In this document: positions 62,601 through 63,167 of the stretch, one piece after another
How positions within the stretch are numbered: position 1 is the first letter of the stretch
Layout: the number at the start of each line of letters is the position of its first letter
Source: Candidatus Woesearchaeota archaeon
Lineage (GTDB): Archaea > Nanobdellota > Nanobdellia > Woesearchaeales > JAFCFN01
Reading direction: 5' to 3'
NCBI GenBank assembly: GCA_017608625.1
Contig: JAFCFN010000004.1
Coordinates: forward strand, 1-63,167
DNA: 63,167 bases
Notes under the pieces: model-generated
Seen by the model: only the letters and a program-made list of their open reading frames with translations
Databases searched by the model: none
Told to the model about the DNA's origin: nothing
Position numbers and translations under genes: made by a program

Positions 62601-63167
62601 TCTTGAACCAATAAACACATTAGAGCTTGAGCCTCTTATTGCTCCACTGGTAGTTTTTTCTGACTTAAGGACACCATCAACATATAACTTAATCGAGGTA
62701 CCATCATATGTTCCAGCTATATGATACCATCTGCCTGCTGATATCTTTATATAATCAGTTGATATTAAAGCATCATACTCATTTACTATGCGAAAAGCTA
62801 CACCTTCCAATCCATCATCTAGCCTTAATTCATAATCCCCATTACCTGCCTCTCCTACATTATGTTTAATTAAAATGCCTGCATCTTTAAATGTATTTGA
62901 ATCCCATTTTATCCAAGCTTCAACTGTTATCTTTTGAGTAATATTCAAACTGTCAGAATAATTTATTTTAACATAATCATCCACACCATCGAAACTAAAT
63001 GCCTGCCCAACCTTTCCTTCTACAAATGTAGCTCCATTAATACTTCCATCATTATTACCATAAGCATCACTTGCATCACCATCAGCTTTCCAATAGCTTA
63101 CCAAACCTTCACTATGGCTCTCGCCACATGTTGGAACATCAGCAGCATGAGCTGCTATTTCTTCTGG
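59694..63167 (-). CDS. Large secreted protein with at least three LamG domains, DUF2341 and Cys-rich C-terminus, 5'-partial
   Basis: Three FDGxDDYV..FNGLIDEV.IYxRALT modules; WAYKREITI..DCSDLRF..YMYYGNP; frame open to the window end. Confidence 0.88.
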   Translation of the reverse strand, partial: PEEIAAHAADVPTCGESHSEGLVSYWKADGDASDAYGNNDGSINGATFVEGKVGQAFSFDGVDDYVKINYSDSLNITQKITVEAWIKWDSNTFKDAGILIKHNVGEAGNGDYELRLDDGLEGVAFRIVNEYDALISTDYIKISAGRWYHIAGTYDGTSIKLYVDGVLKSEKTTSGAIRGSSSNVFIGSRWQGGPGATFNGLIDEVAIYDRALTADEINQHYINGLNSKQYCTPAAPEPEPLVANYTFNDCTATDSSTYGNDGTINGAICVDSPIAGGGRALSFDGVDDYVIISDSASLDITDAITIEAWVKPDSNTGQRWIAGKNGRYQLLKSSAGNFFRGQFKGTDDNWYYIDSPTSYSENNWYHVAYTYDGNYLRIYMNGVLGDSKYVGVDMAANNFCSIFIGGANDVASGCKYSGQYFNGLIDEVKIYNRALTPEEIQQHYNETKPEELSLSQWAYKREITIDNTENSNALTDYQIKVEFDGSALISEGKMNSDCSDLRFSDQNGNQLSYWLESCPSVAWVKVPNIPAGSTASIYMYYGNPNAASASNKSATMYDWNDFSTQVNGYNNKILGYAKSSYSTIEIVDGKLHVNIVGDSTGNRDAAYLHLSEPFNATDVGMYFSIDYLGSDGSPNTQYNPRFTTLNGAGNFNVGVRGTSWSSRWREIYVRSGGTLYWWDYNNDVWTTSEKYLTSDLNRKIEAFLANGQAKIVISDLSGNVLEDTSWHAIDNPTDMDIRIGVKWGYDTNGYYFDNLVIRKYASPEPTISIGSEETTAAVVCPEGAVSVWQFDEGSGNIASDVLGVNNGTIYGATWTTGKVGSALSFDGSDDYVRIQATPISNAIADGFTVEYWFKLQNTFDSSASENQLLVGEGGNPGEGGINPMGMLQADTGKLRVYWWKWRSVYSKRTSWTGGEWYHIVVRQVPNGQIYLYVNGVDNSGDREIWEVGDQGTNGNWYFGGSVPYDGKYFNGLIDEVAIYNRALTPEEIADHYNNGLGKHVCTVGAAPPECSDADGDGFGAQGTDLSACTGSTTLSDCDDTNALINPADGCPCTAKADCTTYCWGNAINNYTCHSTPGNSDLPTINVFAPAKENCANCWTGEIAVPSNIANACVPQWTITQQYCYQATKYGDVCDSSQPCINGYYCANDNTFKQPIIS

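Noticed and set aside
29585-63167. Diversity-generating retroelement acting on the surface proteins
   Set aside because: No reverse transcriptase, and the repeats found are exact rather than adenine-specific variants.

Overview
AT-rich archaeal chromosomal window, most consistent with a DPANN archaeon of the Woesearchaeota type. Evidence: thermosome, ftsZ-secE-spt5-rpl11, Elp3, Rpp21, DtdA, ATP-dependent ligase, TATA/BRE promoters and BHB introns; the lineage is an inference. Contents: a surface-glycan cluster (GT2, DUF2304, three GT9, GT4, methyltransferase, flippase), a stand-alone 5S rRNA gene, a HEPN-MNT pair, housekeeping genes, a 2966-aa surface protein next to MinD, three intron-containing tRNAs, several bacterial-type genes (YkuD-CapA fusion, FecR + CHASE2 adenylate cyclase, DUF4416) and a cluster of large secreted proteins. 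Three observations stand out. (1) The 5S rRNA has a 22-nt insertion folded as a relaxed bulge-helix-bulge motif; its removal restores the canonical CCGAACCCAGAAGTGAAA, making it a candidate 5S rRNA intron. (2) A small 'YALxGR' domain occurs both fused to the MNT and as a stand-alone gene heading the giant surface-protein gene. Both promoters carry 15-bp GTT-N9-AAC palindromes with the same 25-bp gap across the BRE/TATA box, suggesting an undescribed autoregulatory DNA-binding family. (3) A family of small palindromes with triloops and tandem G.A pairs occurs between genes and resembles the tRNA/5S introns. No CRISPR array, transposase or reverse transcriptase was recognised. All calls are by eye; no searches were run.
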